DNA from: Promethearchaeota archaeon
GTDB lineage: Archaea > Asgardarchaeota > Lokiarchaeia > Sigyniarchaeales > SOKP01
Assembly: GCA_016926735.1 (NCBI GenBank)
Contig: JAFGOA010000010.1
Location: forward strand, 1 to 28,365
Length of the DNA: 28,365 nt
Reading direction: 5' to 3'
Below the pieces are notes generated by a model. It was not told the origin of the DNA. It searched no databases and worked only from the letters and a program-made list of their open reading frames with translations. Positions 16,820-26,208 of the stretch are shown here, piece by piece (positions within the stretch are counted from its first letter, which is position 1; each line of letters opens with the position of its first letter). Both the position numbers and the translations under genes were made by a program.

Positions 16820-18376
16820 TTATAACAAACGTTTGAGTGTCTCAAACATAATTTGTAAATGATCAAATATTTCAATTCTATATTTCTCACCTATTTTAAC
16901 AAGAAGTAATGAAATATTTTTGTTCTCTAATTGTTCATTAATATTAAATCCATTAATAAGACTAGTCCAGTCTGTATATTCATTAACACGAATTCCAACC
17001 AATATAATTTGTTTTGGAGTATTTGAATCTATAATTTTCTTTATTATATCTTTCCATTTAACATTTGTATGAGTTTTATTTCTTCCATCAAAAAGACAAA
17101 TAATAGCGTCAGAATAATCGATTTTATCAAAATTAAAATCATAACTTTTGATAATAAGACCATTTTTATATTCATATTTTTTTATATTACCAATATCGGT
17201 TGATTTCTCTAATGAATATTTAGAAGCTATATTTGAGAGAATTTGTAAGCCCGGATTCCAATATTGATTTTCTGAAATAAAAGAGACAATTAAATCTTCT
17301 TTATTTTCTAAAATCAAATCTATCTCAGCTTTAATGTTATGTTTGAGTTTTTCTTCCTCAAACTCTTTGTTTTTCATTATATAATGATAAGAAATTAATC
17401 GAAAAGCTTCATTGACATTTTCTCCTGTTAATGCACTAGTTTCGATATAAGATATATTGGAGATTCCTTGTCGATATAAAGAATTAGTAATATCTACACC
17501 TTGTTTATACTCTATTTGTCTTTGGTTTTTTAAATCTGATTTATTTCCAACAATTATTATTGAAATATCATTAATATCAATAAAATTTTTTACTTCATCA
17601 AACCATATTTGAATATTATTATATGATTCCTTATTTGTTAAATCGAAAACAATTAAAACCGCTTGAGCAGCTTGGTAATATGTTTCTCGAAAACGTTTAA
17701 AATATTTTTGAGCACCAATATCCCAAATTAATAATTCAATGCTATTATTAATAAATTTGATTGTATGAGAAATTAGATTTAATCCTATTGTTGCTCTATA
17801 ATCATCGGAAAATTTGTTTTCAGTAAACCTTCTTACAATAGATGTCTTTCCAACCTTTTCATCACCAACAAGAATAAATTTATATCTATATGTCTTCCCA
17901 TCATCTAAGTGTGTTTGATAGATTTGATTTTTAAGATAAGATTTTTTTTTTGTTTCATATTCAAATTTAGGAATAATTAATTGAATTTCATCATCGTTAT
18001 TAGCGTCAAGAATTTGAGCTGTTTTTTCTGCTAAAAAATAAGCATAAGAAGTAACTCTATCAATAGATGCTTCTGGATTAATAACATATATCATAAATAT
18101 AGTTTGATTTACAGAAACAAATAAAATTCTATGATCCTCAGTATTTAGACTAGCAGTTCCAAATTCTTGAATTGCAAATTCTTTTCTTATTCTTTCAATA
18201 ACAGGATGAATTAATGATGTAAGATCTGAAATAGTCTCCATATCAATTTCTTCTTTTTTGACTTCTTGTAAAATGTTACCATCTGCATTTGATAAAATAA
18301 CTGCCTCAACATCATTATTAATTTCAAACAAATTTGAACATAATTGCCTAAAATATAGATTTTGATATTCTTCCAT
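16820..18376 (-). CDS. Roadblock/longin-like + Rab-like small GTPase + degenerate GTPase-like domain, paralog 2
   Basis: VEAVILSNADGNIL; GDEKVGKTS, YRATIG, WDIGAQ, NKSD, ETSAL; colinear with 12799..14352. Confidence 0.9.
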   Translation of the reverse strand: MEEYQNLYFRQLCSNLFEINNDVEAVILSNADGNILQEVKKEEIDMETISDLTSLIHPVIERIRKEFAIQEFGTASLNTEDHRILFVSVNQTIFMIYVINPEASIDRVTSYAYFLAEKTAQILDANNDDEIQLIIPKFEYETKKKSYLKNQIYQTHLDDGKTYRYKFILVGDEKVGKTSIVRRFTENKFSDDYRATIGLNLISHTIKFINNSIELLIWDIGAQKYFKRFRETYYQAAQAVLIVFDLTNKESYNNIQIWFDEVKNFIDINDISIIIVGNKSDLKNQRQIEYKQGVDITNSLYRQGISNISYIETSALTGENVNEAFRLISYHYIMKNKEFEEEKLKHNIKAEIDLILENKEDLIVSFISENQYWNPGLQILSNIASKYSLEKSTDIGNIKKYEYKNGLIIKSYDFNFDKIDYSDAIICLFDGRNKTHTNVKWKDIIKKIIDSNTPKQIILVGIRVNEYTDWTSLINGFNINEQLENKNISLLLVKIGEKYRIEIFDHLQIMFETLKRLL

Positions 18377-18529
18377 AATATTACCCCTATTAATTGAGGA
18401 TTTGTTTATTTGAATATTTTAAAAAAACAATATAATTTTAAAAATAGATTTTAATATAGAATCTAGACTAATTCTATCTTTTTTAATATTTCTAAATACA
18501 AAAATAATTTTTCTATATGTAATAATTAG

Positions 18530-18964
18530 TTATAAAAAAGTATCTAATATTTTTACAGTGTCTCTAATATATTTTGGGCATTTTAAGTCAAAATAGTCTT
18601 TATTCTTAGCCACTTCTAAACCTTTTTTTGTATTAATATCACAATCTAGTAGTTTTTTACATTCTATTGTTCCATTTATTTCAACAAATTTTTTCTTGAA
18701 TTCATTTATCTTAAATAATGTTTTTTCTTTTGCTTCTGTGTCTTCTTCTTTAAATCTACCATATTCTAGACCTAAAACCATAAAAGCCCCCATTATCGCT
18801 CCGCAAATTTGTGCCTTATTTGCCATTCCACACTCAAATCCAGTGGCGATTTTCATAGCTAAAATTAAATCTAAATTATATTTTTTACAATATGTAGCTA
18901 ATACTGCTTGAGTTGAATTAAATCCCTTTTTTAAATAGTTTATTGCTATAGTGACATTATCCAT
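18530..18964 (-). CDS. C_GCAxxG_C_C family putative redox protein
   Basis: GFNSTQAVL...GFECGM....ICGAIMGA...IECKKLL...KCPKYI. The ATG at 18964 is preferred to the TTG at 19003. Confidence 0.85.
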   Translation of the reverse strand: MDNVTIAINYLKKGFNSTQAVLATYCKKYNLDLILAMKIATGFECGMANKAQICGAIMGAFMVLGLEYGRFKEEDTEAKEKTLFKINEFKKKFVEINGTIECKKLLDCDINTKKGLEVAKNKDYFDLKCPKYIRDTVKILDTFL

Positions 18965-19400
18965 GATTCTTTGAATCTTCTTTAGAATATAAAATTGTAT
19001 CAATAATGATATTGGATATAGTGAAGATTATTTATACTTTATCCCCTCTTATGAGATCTCAATAGACGAATATCAAGCAATGATAATATATTAAAAATAC
19101 AATAATAAATAAATTAATATTCCATTCACTATAATAAATTTAGTTTATTATTTTAAAGTATTATTGCTAAGAATAAGAAAAAAACCCAAAATAATCTATA
19201 GCTCTTATATTATCAATCTTTACTAAAAATCAACACTTTATTTTATAATAAATAAAATTTCATTTTTCCCTAATACACGAATCAAGAGTGTTAATAATAT
19301 TAATTCAATTAATAGTTGCATAAAATATAAATATTCAAAAAAATCCTTCTATCAAGGTACTGTCAAAGAGAAATTAAAGTAATAGAGATTAGATTAAAAA

Positions 19401-20027
19401 TTGCCTAAAGAAATAAATATAAAATTATTATTAAAAAAAATAGAAGAATGGGATAATAGAGTTTTTTTGGATTTTTATGAGAAACAGTTTCTAAGAAAAA
19501 AATCTATTGTAAAATTAGCTCAGATCTATTCTTTTTTTGGAAATATATTTATTTGGGGTATACTGTGGATATATTTTGGAATATATGGATTTATAACAAA
19601 AGATTATGATTTATTTATTTTAATGACTGCAGGTTTTGAACAATCTCTTTTACTCTATCTACTAATTCGATATATAATTGTAAAACGTAATCGCCCATTT
19701 ATAAAATTCCAAGAGCAGGGAGTAAAACAAGGAGATGAACTAATAAGAGAAAGAAGATCCTTTCCATCTGGACATGTAACCTTTTTCTTATTTTTTGGAT
19801 TTATTTTTGCATATCATTTCAATAATTCAATAATTTTGTTAATTTTCATTGTATTAGATATATTTATGGCAATATCTAGAGTTATCCTTGGAGTGCATTA
19901 TCCTATTGATGTAATCTTTGGGTTTATTTTTGGATTTATTTTTGCTATTTTATATCTATTTTTAACGTATCCATATTGGGAAGAATTCTATTATTGGATA
20001 GGCAATATTTTATCTCCATTCAAATGA
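19401..20027 (+). CDS. PAP2-family membrane phosphatase
   Basis: KRNRP, SFPSGH, SRVILGVHYPIDV motifs; TM helices. Confidence 0.92.
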   Translation: MPKEINIKLLLKKIEEWDNRVFLDFYEKQFLRKKSIVKLAQIYSFFGNIFIWGILWIYFGIYGFITKDYDLFILMTAGFEQSLLLYLLIRYIIVKRNRPFIKFQEQGVKQGDELIRERRSFPSGHVTFFLFFGFIFAYHFNNSIILLIFIVLDIFMAISRVILGVHYPIDVIFGFIFGFIFAILYLFLTYPYWEEFYYWIGNILSPFK

Positions 20028-20044
20028 ATTTCCTTATAAATTAA

Positions 20045-20578
20045 TCAATACCATTCTGTAAATTTTTCCACAAGTTCTCTCTTTCTTTCACTCGTCCTAT
20101 TATCTTTTTGTTGCATATCTATTTTACCAATTGCAACTACACACATTAATTCATAATCTTCTTCTTTAAGTTTGAATATTTCATTAATCTTTTCTTTCTG
20201 ATTAAGGATTTCTCCAATCCAAACGGCACCTAAATTATAAGCATGAGCCGCTAATAATATATTTTCTATAAAAGCTCCAATTGATTGGATATCTTTTACA
20301 CGATTATAGCATTTCTTCTTATCAAGAAAAATTACTAAATTATAATATGCTTCTTCAATTATTTCACTATATTTTGTATTCTCAGCAATCATATGTTTAA
20401 TTGTTGGATGATTTACTACATTAATTTTCCATGGTTGATTATTAAGTCCAGATGGTGCCCATCTCCCACATTCGAGAATATTATCAATAATTATCTTATC
20501 AATTTTTTCAAAAAGAAAGGTTCTTACACTTTTTCTTGATTTAATAAAATCTATCAATTCATCAGTTTTTTTTTCCAT
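20045..20578 (-). CDS. Nitroreductase family protein
   Basis: IKSRKSVRTF, WAPSGLNNQPW, ENILLAAH...LGAVWIG. Confidence 0.93.
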   Translation of the reverse strand: MEKKTDELIDFIKSRKSVRTFLFEKIDKIIIDNILECGRWAPSGLNNQPWKINVVNHPTIKHMIAENTKYSEIIEEAYYNLVIFLDKKKCYNRVKDIQSIGAFIENILLAAHAYNLGAVWIGEILNQKEKINEIFKLKEEDYELMCVVAIGKIDMQQKDNRTSERKRELVEKFTEWY

Positions 20579-20778
20579 AATAATATTTGATTTATACTTT
20601 CAATTAAAATTTAGTTATTTTATTTGTGATTTTAAGGTGTTCAAGATGGAGGAAAACAAAAATTTAAAAATATTATCTTTTATATTTTTTCTGAAAAGTT
20701 ATATATTTTTCATTTTTATATGTTTTATTTTTAAAATAAGACTTTAAATTATAGGAATAGAATATTAGGGTTATTTGT

Positions 20779-22026
20779 GTGGAAGAAAATTTAGATAAAG
20801 AAAAGGAATTTTTAGGTTTAAGTTCTTTAGATCTTTCACCATATTATATTGATGATTTTATTGAATATTTTAGTAATTTGGAATTAAATAGCTCAAGGAT
20901 TAATAATTTTAACACCCAGAAGGATCTTCAGAATAAAAAAAAAGAAAAAGAGGATTTAACATTTTGTTATGCTACAATGGAAGATGCAAAATTGATCACA
21001 GAAATAATAAAAGATGCATTTGAAAAATACCCCTTTCATGAAATGATAGATGTTGATAACGTTAGAAATTTGATAAAAAATCAAAATAGTTGTGTTTTTC
21101 TTTTTAAAAATAAAAATGATCAAGTAGTTGGTACTATTTCATTTGATATATCATTAAAAGAAAAAAAAGGTTATGTAAGAAGTCTTGCAATATATAAAAA
21201 ATATAGAGGAATGTATAATATAAAAAAAATAAATATCCTAGTTTATCTCCATGTATATAAAAAGTATAAAAATGATATTTTAGTATGGTATGGTGAATCT
21301 TTTCTTAGTGGATCGACATCACAATATATTACAAATATATGTTCTTTAAGACCTATAGGATTTCTGCCAAATAAAGATATTTTTAAAGATAATGTAGTTT
21401 CTGAATTTTTACAAATTGCATATTTTAAAAAAGCATTAAAAGAGGTCAGAAGTAAAAAAAAACCCAAAATAATAATTGAAGTATTAAAAAGTTTTATATA
21501 TGCATCGATAAAATATGATTTAACATGGGTAGATTGTGTTGAACCAAAATTAAAAATCGAACGACGCAAAATTCTAGAAAATATAAAAAAAATTAATATT
21601 AAAGAAGAGATAAATCAATATGGTTATAAAAAAATTAAAATGACCATTAAGGATTCAGATTCGTTTTTTTTATTTCTTTATACACCTCATTTGAACAATA
21701 TAACCAATGTAGAATTTAAAATAAATCAAATTGAAGAATTATCAGTTTTTCTGCATAAATTTAATTTATATATAAAAGAAAATAATGTGAGATATTGTGA
21801 ATGTTATGTTTCCGCTTATGATCCTATACAACAGAGAATCTTTACTTTTTATCAATTTAATCCTAGAGGTTATATCCCTAGTTGGAAATATAATCAAGAA
21901 TTAGAAAATTTTGAAGATTGTGTTCTCTTTAATAAAAATTTTGGTGCTATTCAAGATAATTTTGAAGGATTAAAAGAATTTGATTTAGTATTGAGCCATT
22001 TTTCAGAGAAAGAAAAAAAATTATGA
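20779..22026 (+). CDS. GNAT-fold protein (probably tandem GNAT domains)
   Basis: ATMEDA..I...I..AFEKYPF, VVGTI, YVRSLAI.KKYRG, two P.GF/Y.P motifs (PIGFLPN, PRGYIPS). Confidence 0.7.
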   Translation: MEENLDKEKEFLGLSSLDLSPYYIDDFIEYFSNLELNSSRINNFNTQKDLQNKKKEKEDLTFCYATMEDAKLITEIIKDAFEKYPFHEMIDVDNVRNLIKNQNSCVFLFKNKNDQVVGTISFDISLKEKKGYVRSLAIYKKYRGMYNIKKINILVYLHVYKKYKNDILVWYGESFLSGSTSQYITNICSLRPIGFLPNKDIFKDNVVSEFLQIAYFKKALKEVRSKKKPKIIIEVLKSFIYASIKYDLTWVDCVEPKLKIERRKILENIKKINIKEEINQYGYKKIKMTIKDSDSFFLFLYTPHLNNITNVEFKINQIEELSVFLHKFNLYIKENNVRYCECYVSAYDPIQQRIFTFYQFNPRGYIPSWKYNQELENFEDCVLFNKNFGAIQDNFEGLKEFDLVLSHFSEKEKKL

Positions 22027-22033
22027 AAAGGAT

Positions 22034-23224
22034 GTGAGAGGTACGATAGATCGAGAAATAAAAACAAGTGAAAGCAAAATAGAGATCCATGATGAAAATA
22101 ACCTTAAAGAGATAGAGAATGCTTTAGAATTATTATTATACGTCCCAGAACCTCAATTAAAATCAATAATTATTAAAAAATTCATAACATATTATAATGA
22201 CATCATAAAAGATGATATTTATAAAATAAAAATCTTTATTGCTTATAGGGAAAATATAATATGTGGGTTTGTATCGAGTTTAATCCACCCTACGTATAGA
22301 AGCTATGGTAAAAAATGTGGAACATTTGGTTGGTTAAATTGTATTAATGATTTTGATGTTTGTAGAAAATTATTAGAATCTTGTGAGAATTTTATAAGGA
22401 AAAATAATATTAGAAAAATAAGAGGAAATATCAATTTTCCAAAAGGATTAGGAGGATTAGGGATACAAACCGAAGGTTTCCATGAAAATATGTTATATGG
22501 TGTTGCTTTTAATAATTCTAAGTCTAATATACCAAATTATTTAGAAAAATTAGGATACAAACCCGAATCAGAGTATATTTGTATGGAAGTAACTCAAAAA
22601 ATATGGGATTCCAGTGATAAGCTAGATAATGATATTAATTTAGGTTATTTAACAATTGAAGAATTTTGTAATAGAAAAGAAGAAATACATGAATTAGCAC
22701 GTAATTCATTTCAAGGATCATTTCCTGTCCCTGATGCTTCAGGAAGATATAGACTTGAAGAGGTAATAAAATCTTACATAGATATATCAAAATCAAATAT
22801 CTTTATAAAAGATAATAATTATGACATAGAAACATATAAAAAAATCAAATACTATAAAGAAGCTTGGGAAAAATGTGAATTAGAAAAAGCTCTTATATTC
22901 GCTCCCCTCGCATTTGAAAAGAAAACAGACAAAATAGTAGGAATAATTTTAGGTATACCAAATTTATATGAATATTATTTACACCATCCTATTAAACAAG
23001 TAAATGTTGATACCGTGATGGTTGATAAAAACTATACAGGAAAAGGAATATTTTCTGCTCTAAACAATTTAGGACAAAAAACATGTGGTATTTTTGGAAT
23101 GAATTATTTTGAAGGAACTTCAATATGGAATAAAAATCCAGATGCGATAAAAGCAATCTTTCCACATGGAAAGCCTAAAAGAAAGCATATAATATATCAA
23201 AAAAGAATAAGACTTGATAAATGA
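22034..23224 (+). CDS. YghO/bacterial ceramide-synthase-like tandem GNAT N-acyltransferase
   Basis: GTFGWLNCINDF.V...LL...E......IRGNINF....G....GF.......N....PNYLEKLGY; IVGIILGIPN; V...YTGKGI acyl-CoA motif. Confidence 0.7.
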   Translation: MRGTIDREIKTSESKIEIHDENNLKEIENALELLLYVPEPQLKSIIIKKFITYYNDIIKDDIYKIKIFIAYRENIICGFVSSLIHPTYRSYGKKCGTFGWLNCINDFDVCRKLLESCENFIRKNNIRKIRGNINFPKGLGGLGIQTEGFHENMLYGVAFNNSKSNIPNYLEKLGYKPESEYICMEVTQKIWDSSDKLDNDINLGYLTIEEFCNRKEEIHELARNSFQGSFPVPDASGRYRLEEVIKSYIDISKSNIFIKDNNYDIETYKKIKYYKEAWEKCELEKALIFAPLAFEKKTDKIVGIILGIPNLYEYYLHHPIKQVNVDTVMVDKNYTGKGIFSALNNLGQKTCGIFGMNYFEGTSIWNKNPDAIKAIFPHGKPKRKHIIYQKRIRLDK

Positions 23225-23411
23225 AAGATATAAATAAAACTCTAAATGAATAATTTTAAAAAAAACTCAATTATTTCTAATGAAATAATCTTAAGGATAA
23301 TTATCTTACCAAAGAATCAAAAAAGAAATTTAGAAATAATATCATTTTTAAAAAAGAAATTTTATTATAGATTTATATTAAAAATATACAAGAAAGCAAA
23401 AATTAAAAATT

Positions 23412-25088
23412 ATGTCAATTGGTCTAATTAAAATATCAAATTTAAATAATAGATTAATTCCATTAGGATTAGCCTGTTTACAAGCATATTTAAAAATGAA
23501 TAATATTCCTGTTAAAGTATTTAATTTTCATTCTGATGATTATACAATTCCAAAAGCCTACTATGATCCTTTTACTAATAATAACCTTGTTAATTTAGTG
23601 ATGAATAATTCAGATTTTCCTATTTTATTACATCTCATTGATACTTTTTTAGAAGGAAGAGAACTTGATTTTAATGAAGATTTATTTACAATATTATTTA
23701 AAGATTTTGCGATAAGAGTCAGGGAAACACCAGAAATAATAGAAGAAAGATATAAACAAATAATCCAATATATAAAAAAGATATTACCTAAAATACAAAC
23801 ATTTTCAAAAATTGGAATATCTATTGATTATTTAAATATAATAGAAAGTGTTTTATTATCTTTTTTTCTAAAACAGGAAGTTCCAAAAATAAAAATAATA
23901 TGGGGTGGACCTTCTATTACACAATCTCCAGATGTATTTAAACTGATGCTGTTGAGGGGAATTTGTGATGGAATTGTTATAGGAGAGGGTGAACAACCTT
24001 TATTAGAATTTGCGTTGGGAAAAGAAATTAATCAAATCAAGGGGATTGTATCTATTAAAGATAAATCTAAAAAAGAATATTTTTATGAAAGAGGAGTTCA
24101 ATTGGATATAGATTCACTCCCTACTCCCGATTATACTGATCTAGAATTAGAATTTTATTATTATATTGCTTCTACCTATCGATCAAGAGGTTGTATTAAT
24201 CGCTGTAAATTCTGTGGAGAATGGTTCTTAATGGGGCCTCGATTCAGAGTTCGTTCAATAAAAAAAGTTATAGAAGATATTGAAACTATAATTGATAAAT
24301 ATCATCCTAGATATATTATTTTTGGAGAATCCTTAATAAATGATGATCTAGATTATTTCGCAAATCTATGTGATGCCATGATAGAAAAGAAGTTTCCAAT
24401 TAAGTTTGGCACACATTTTAGAGCAAATATTACACCTGAGCTAGCAGAAAAAGCAGCCTTAGCAGGTTTTGATGACGCGTGGATAGGATTTGAAACATTT
24501 AATGCAGATGAATTGTGTAATATAAATAAAGGTGTAGATCTCGATCAAAATATTTCAGCAATTAATAACTTTTCTCAAGCAGGGATCAATATAATTGCAA
24601 TGTTGATAGTCGGATTTTCTTCCATCGATGTAGAGATTAGAAATAAAGAATCAGATCTTCAGATAATTAAACATTATTCTGAAAAGAGATATACTACGAA
24701 ACTTGGAGAAGAAAAAAAATTAATGATACAATGGCGTCCAGCTCCAGCCTTTCTAGTACCAGGATCCTTATTATATAAGGAATATATTAAAACAAACAAA
24801 ATAATTCCATGGAGTCCCATGCAAGAAGATTATCCAGATAACAAAAAACTCAATTTATTAAAATTAGAATTATCTAACATTCCATATGAATTTAAACGGT
24901 CAATTTCAAATGAAAATATAATAAAATTTATAAGAGAAATTCAAGAAGCAGATAAAAAGGCTGGTTATGCAATTGGTGGAGTTGCTAAACATGTAATTCT
25001 TACAATAAAACAAATGCGAAAGGAAAATAAAAAATTTAAAAAACTAAAAGTACCTGGAGTAGGTGCTCAAAGAACCAAGCATACATAA
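23412..25088 (+). CDS. B12-binding radical SAM protein
   Basis: PLGLACLQAYL, IIWGGP, VIGEGE, LPTPDY, SRGCINRCKFC (CxxxCxxC), IGFET. Confidence 0.92.
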   Translation: MSIGLIKISNLNNRLIPLGLACLQAYLKMNNIPVKVFNFHSDDYTIPKAYYDPFTNNNLVNLVMNNSDFPILLHLIDTFLEGRELDFNEDLFTILFKDFAIRVRETPEIIEERYKQIIQYIKKILPKIQTFSKIGISIDYLNIIESVLLSFFLKQEVPKIKIIWGGPSITQSPDVFKLMLLRGICDGIVIGEGEQPLLEFALGKEINQIKGIVSIKDKSKKEYFYERGVQLDIDSLPTPDYTDLELEFYYYIASTYRSRGCINRCKFCGEWFLMGPRFRVRSIKKVIEDIETIIDKYHPRYIIFGESLINDDLDYFANLCDAMIEKKFPIKFGTHFRANITPELAEKAALAGFDDAWIGFETFNADELCNINKGVDLDQNISAINNFSQAGINIIAMLIVGFSSIDVEIRNKESDLQIIKHYSEKRYTTKLGEEKKLMIQWRPAPAFLVPGSLLYKEYIKTNKIIPWSPMQEDYPDNKKLNLLKLELSNIPYEFKRSISNENIIKFIREIQEADKKAGYAIGGVAKHVILTIKQMRKENKKFKKLKVPGVGAQRTKHT

Positions 25089-25239
25089 TTCACATTCATT
25101 CTAAATTCTTTTTGATTCATAATAACTTATAATAAAGTGTTAATAATTTCCAATTTTTATATATATTCCTCTCACTTTATTCTGATATAGAGACCTCTTT
25201 TCAGAATATTAGAATATTTAAAAAAAAGAAAAAAAAAAT

Positions 25240-25959
25240 TTATTTTCCTTTAAGGGATTTACCGACACCATAATAGAGAAGATAACCTCCGATCATTGTA
25301 GAGATTACCAAAAAGTATATGCTAAATGATCTGTAAATTTCATTATCCCAAGTTGCATATAAAAATCCATTAGCTAAAGCAAAACCTAACAATAAATATC
25401 CATAAAGATAAAATAGCCATCTTGTTTTGAGTTCTTTTGTCTCGATTGTTTTATATACAAGCATAATTGTGTATACAATAGGAATAAAAAAAGCACCAAA
25501 ATAGAATAATATCATAATTAAAAATTTAGTCCATGAATATCTAGGTATGAATTCTGCATTGATTGTCGTATCCATTGGAAAATATAAAGCAAAAAATAAC
25601 GCTATTGCATATCCAATAAAAATTAATTTTTGCTTTTTTGCTGTTAAAGTTGTTATAGATTTTAGGAGATTAAGATTAAATAATAACGCAAATATTTGTC
25701 CTATAAGTGTTAGATACATCATAAAAAAATCTAGGGTTATTATTGGTATTTGAGAAGTTAAAAATGCATATATAATATTCAATCCCAATCCAATAGCATT
25801 AAAGAGATAGACCATTGAAAAAAGCATACTATATCGATTTTTTTGTCTTTTCCATATCTTAATAAAAATAATAAGAAAGAATAAAATTACAACTCCATTA
25901 ACAATAAAAATACCAATAACTCTTTCAAAATCTATTTGTTGGCTAATCATGAGGTTCAT
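25240..25959 (-). CDS. Stand-alone 7TM membrane protein (HisKA_7TM-like)
   Basis: About seven hydrophobic helices, KIWKR..NR after TM1, YYGVG end, no output domain. Confidence 0.7.
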   Translation of the reverse strand: MNLMISQQIDFERVIGIFIVNGVVILFFLIIFIKIWKRQKNRYSMLFSMVYLFNAIGLGLNIIYAFLTSQIPIITLDFFMMYLTLIGQIFALLFNLNLLKSITTLTAKKQKLIFIGYAIALFFALYFPMDTTINAEFIPRYSWTKFLIMILFYFGAFFIPIVYTIMLVYKTIETKELKTRWLFYLYGYLLLGFALANGFLYATWDNEIYRSFSIYFLVISTMIGGYLLYYGVGKSLKGK

Positions 25960-26208
25960 CTTTTTTTATAAGTGATTTTTAAATACTTTTCTACATAATT
26001 TAATGAAGAAGAATAATTTTTAATCAAATCAATATTAATACTTAAAATATATAAATTTTTAGTTTTAAGTATCTCTATATCACTTTTGAGAAAAAGAAGA
26101 AGATATTATTTACAAATTGCAAGAATTGTTTCATGTTTATTTAAATTTGATTATATCTCATATCGTTAAAAATCTAAATTCGAAATTTATTGTTACACTA
26201 TCCATAGA

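Noticed and set aside
19356-19364. ggtactgtc as a partner IS1 end to 141-150
   Set aside because: Only a 7-bp match, 19 kb away and in direct rather than inverted orientation.
23246-23431. 61-aa K/I/N-rich ORF
   Set aside because: Composition mirrors AT-rich intergenic DNA; it overlaps the next start and probably covers that gene's promoter.
18696-25753. ORFs 18696..18911, 21243..21569, 25547..25753
   Set aside because: Antisense to well-supported genes.
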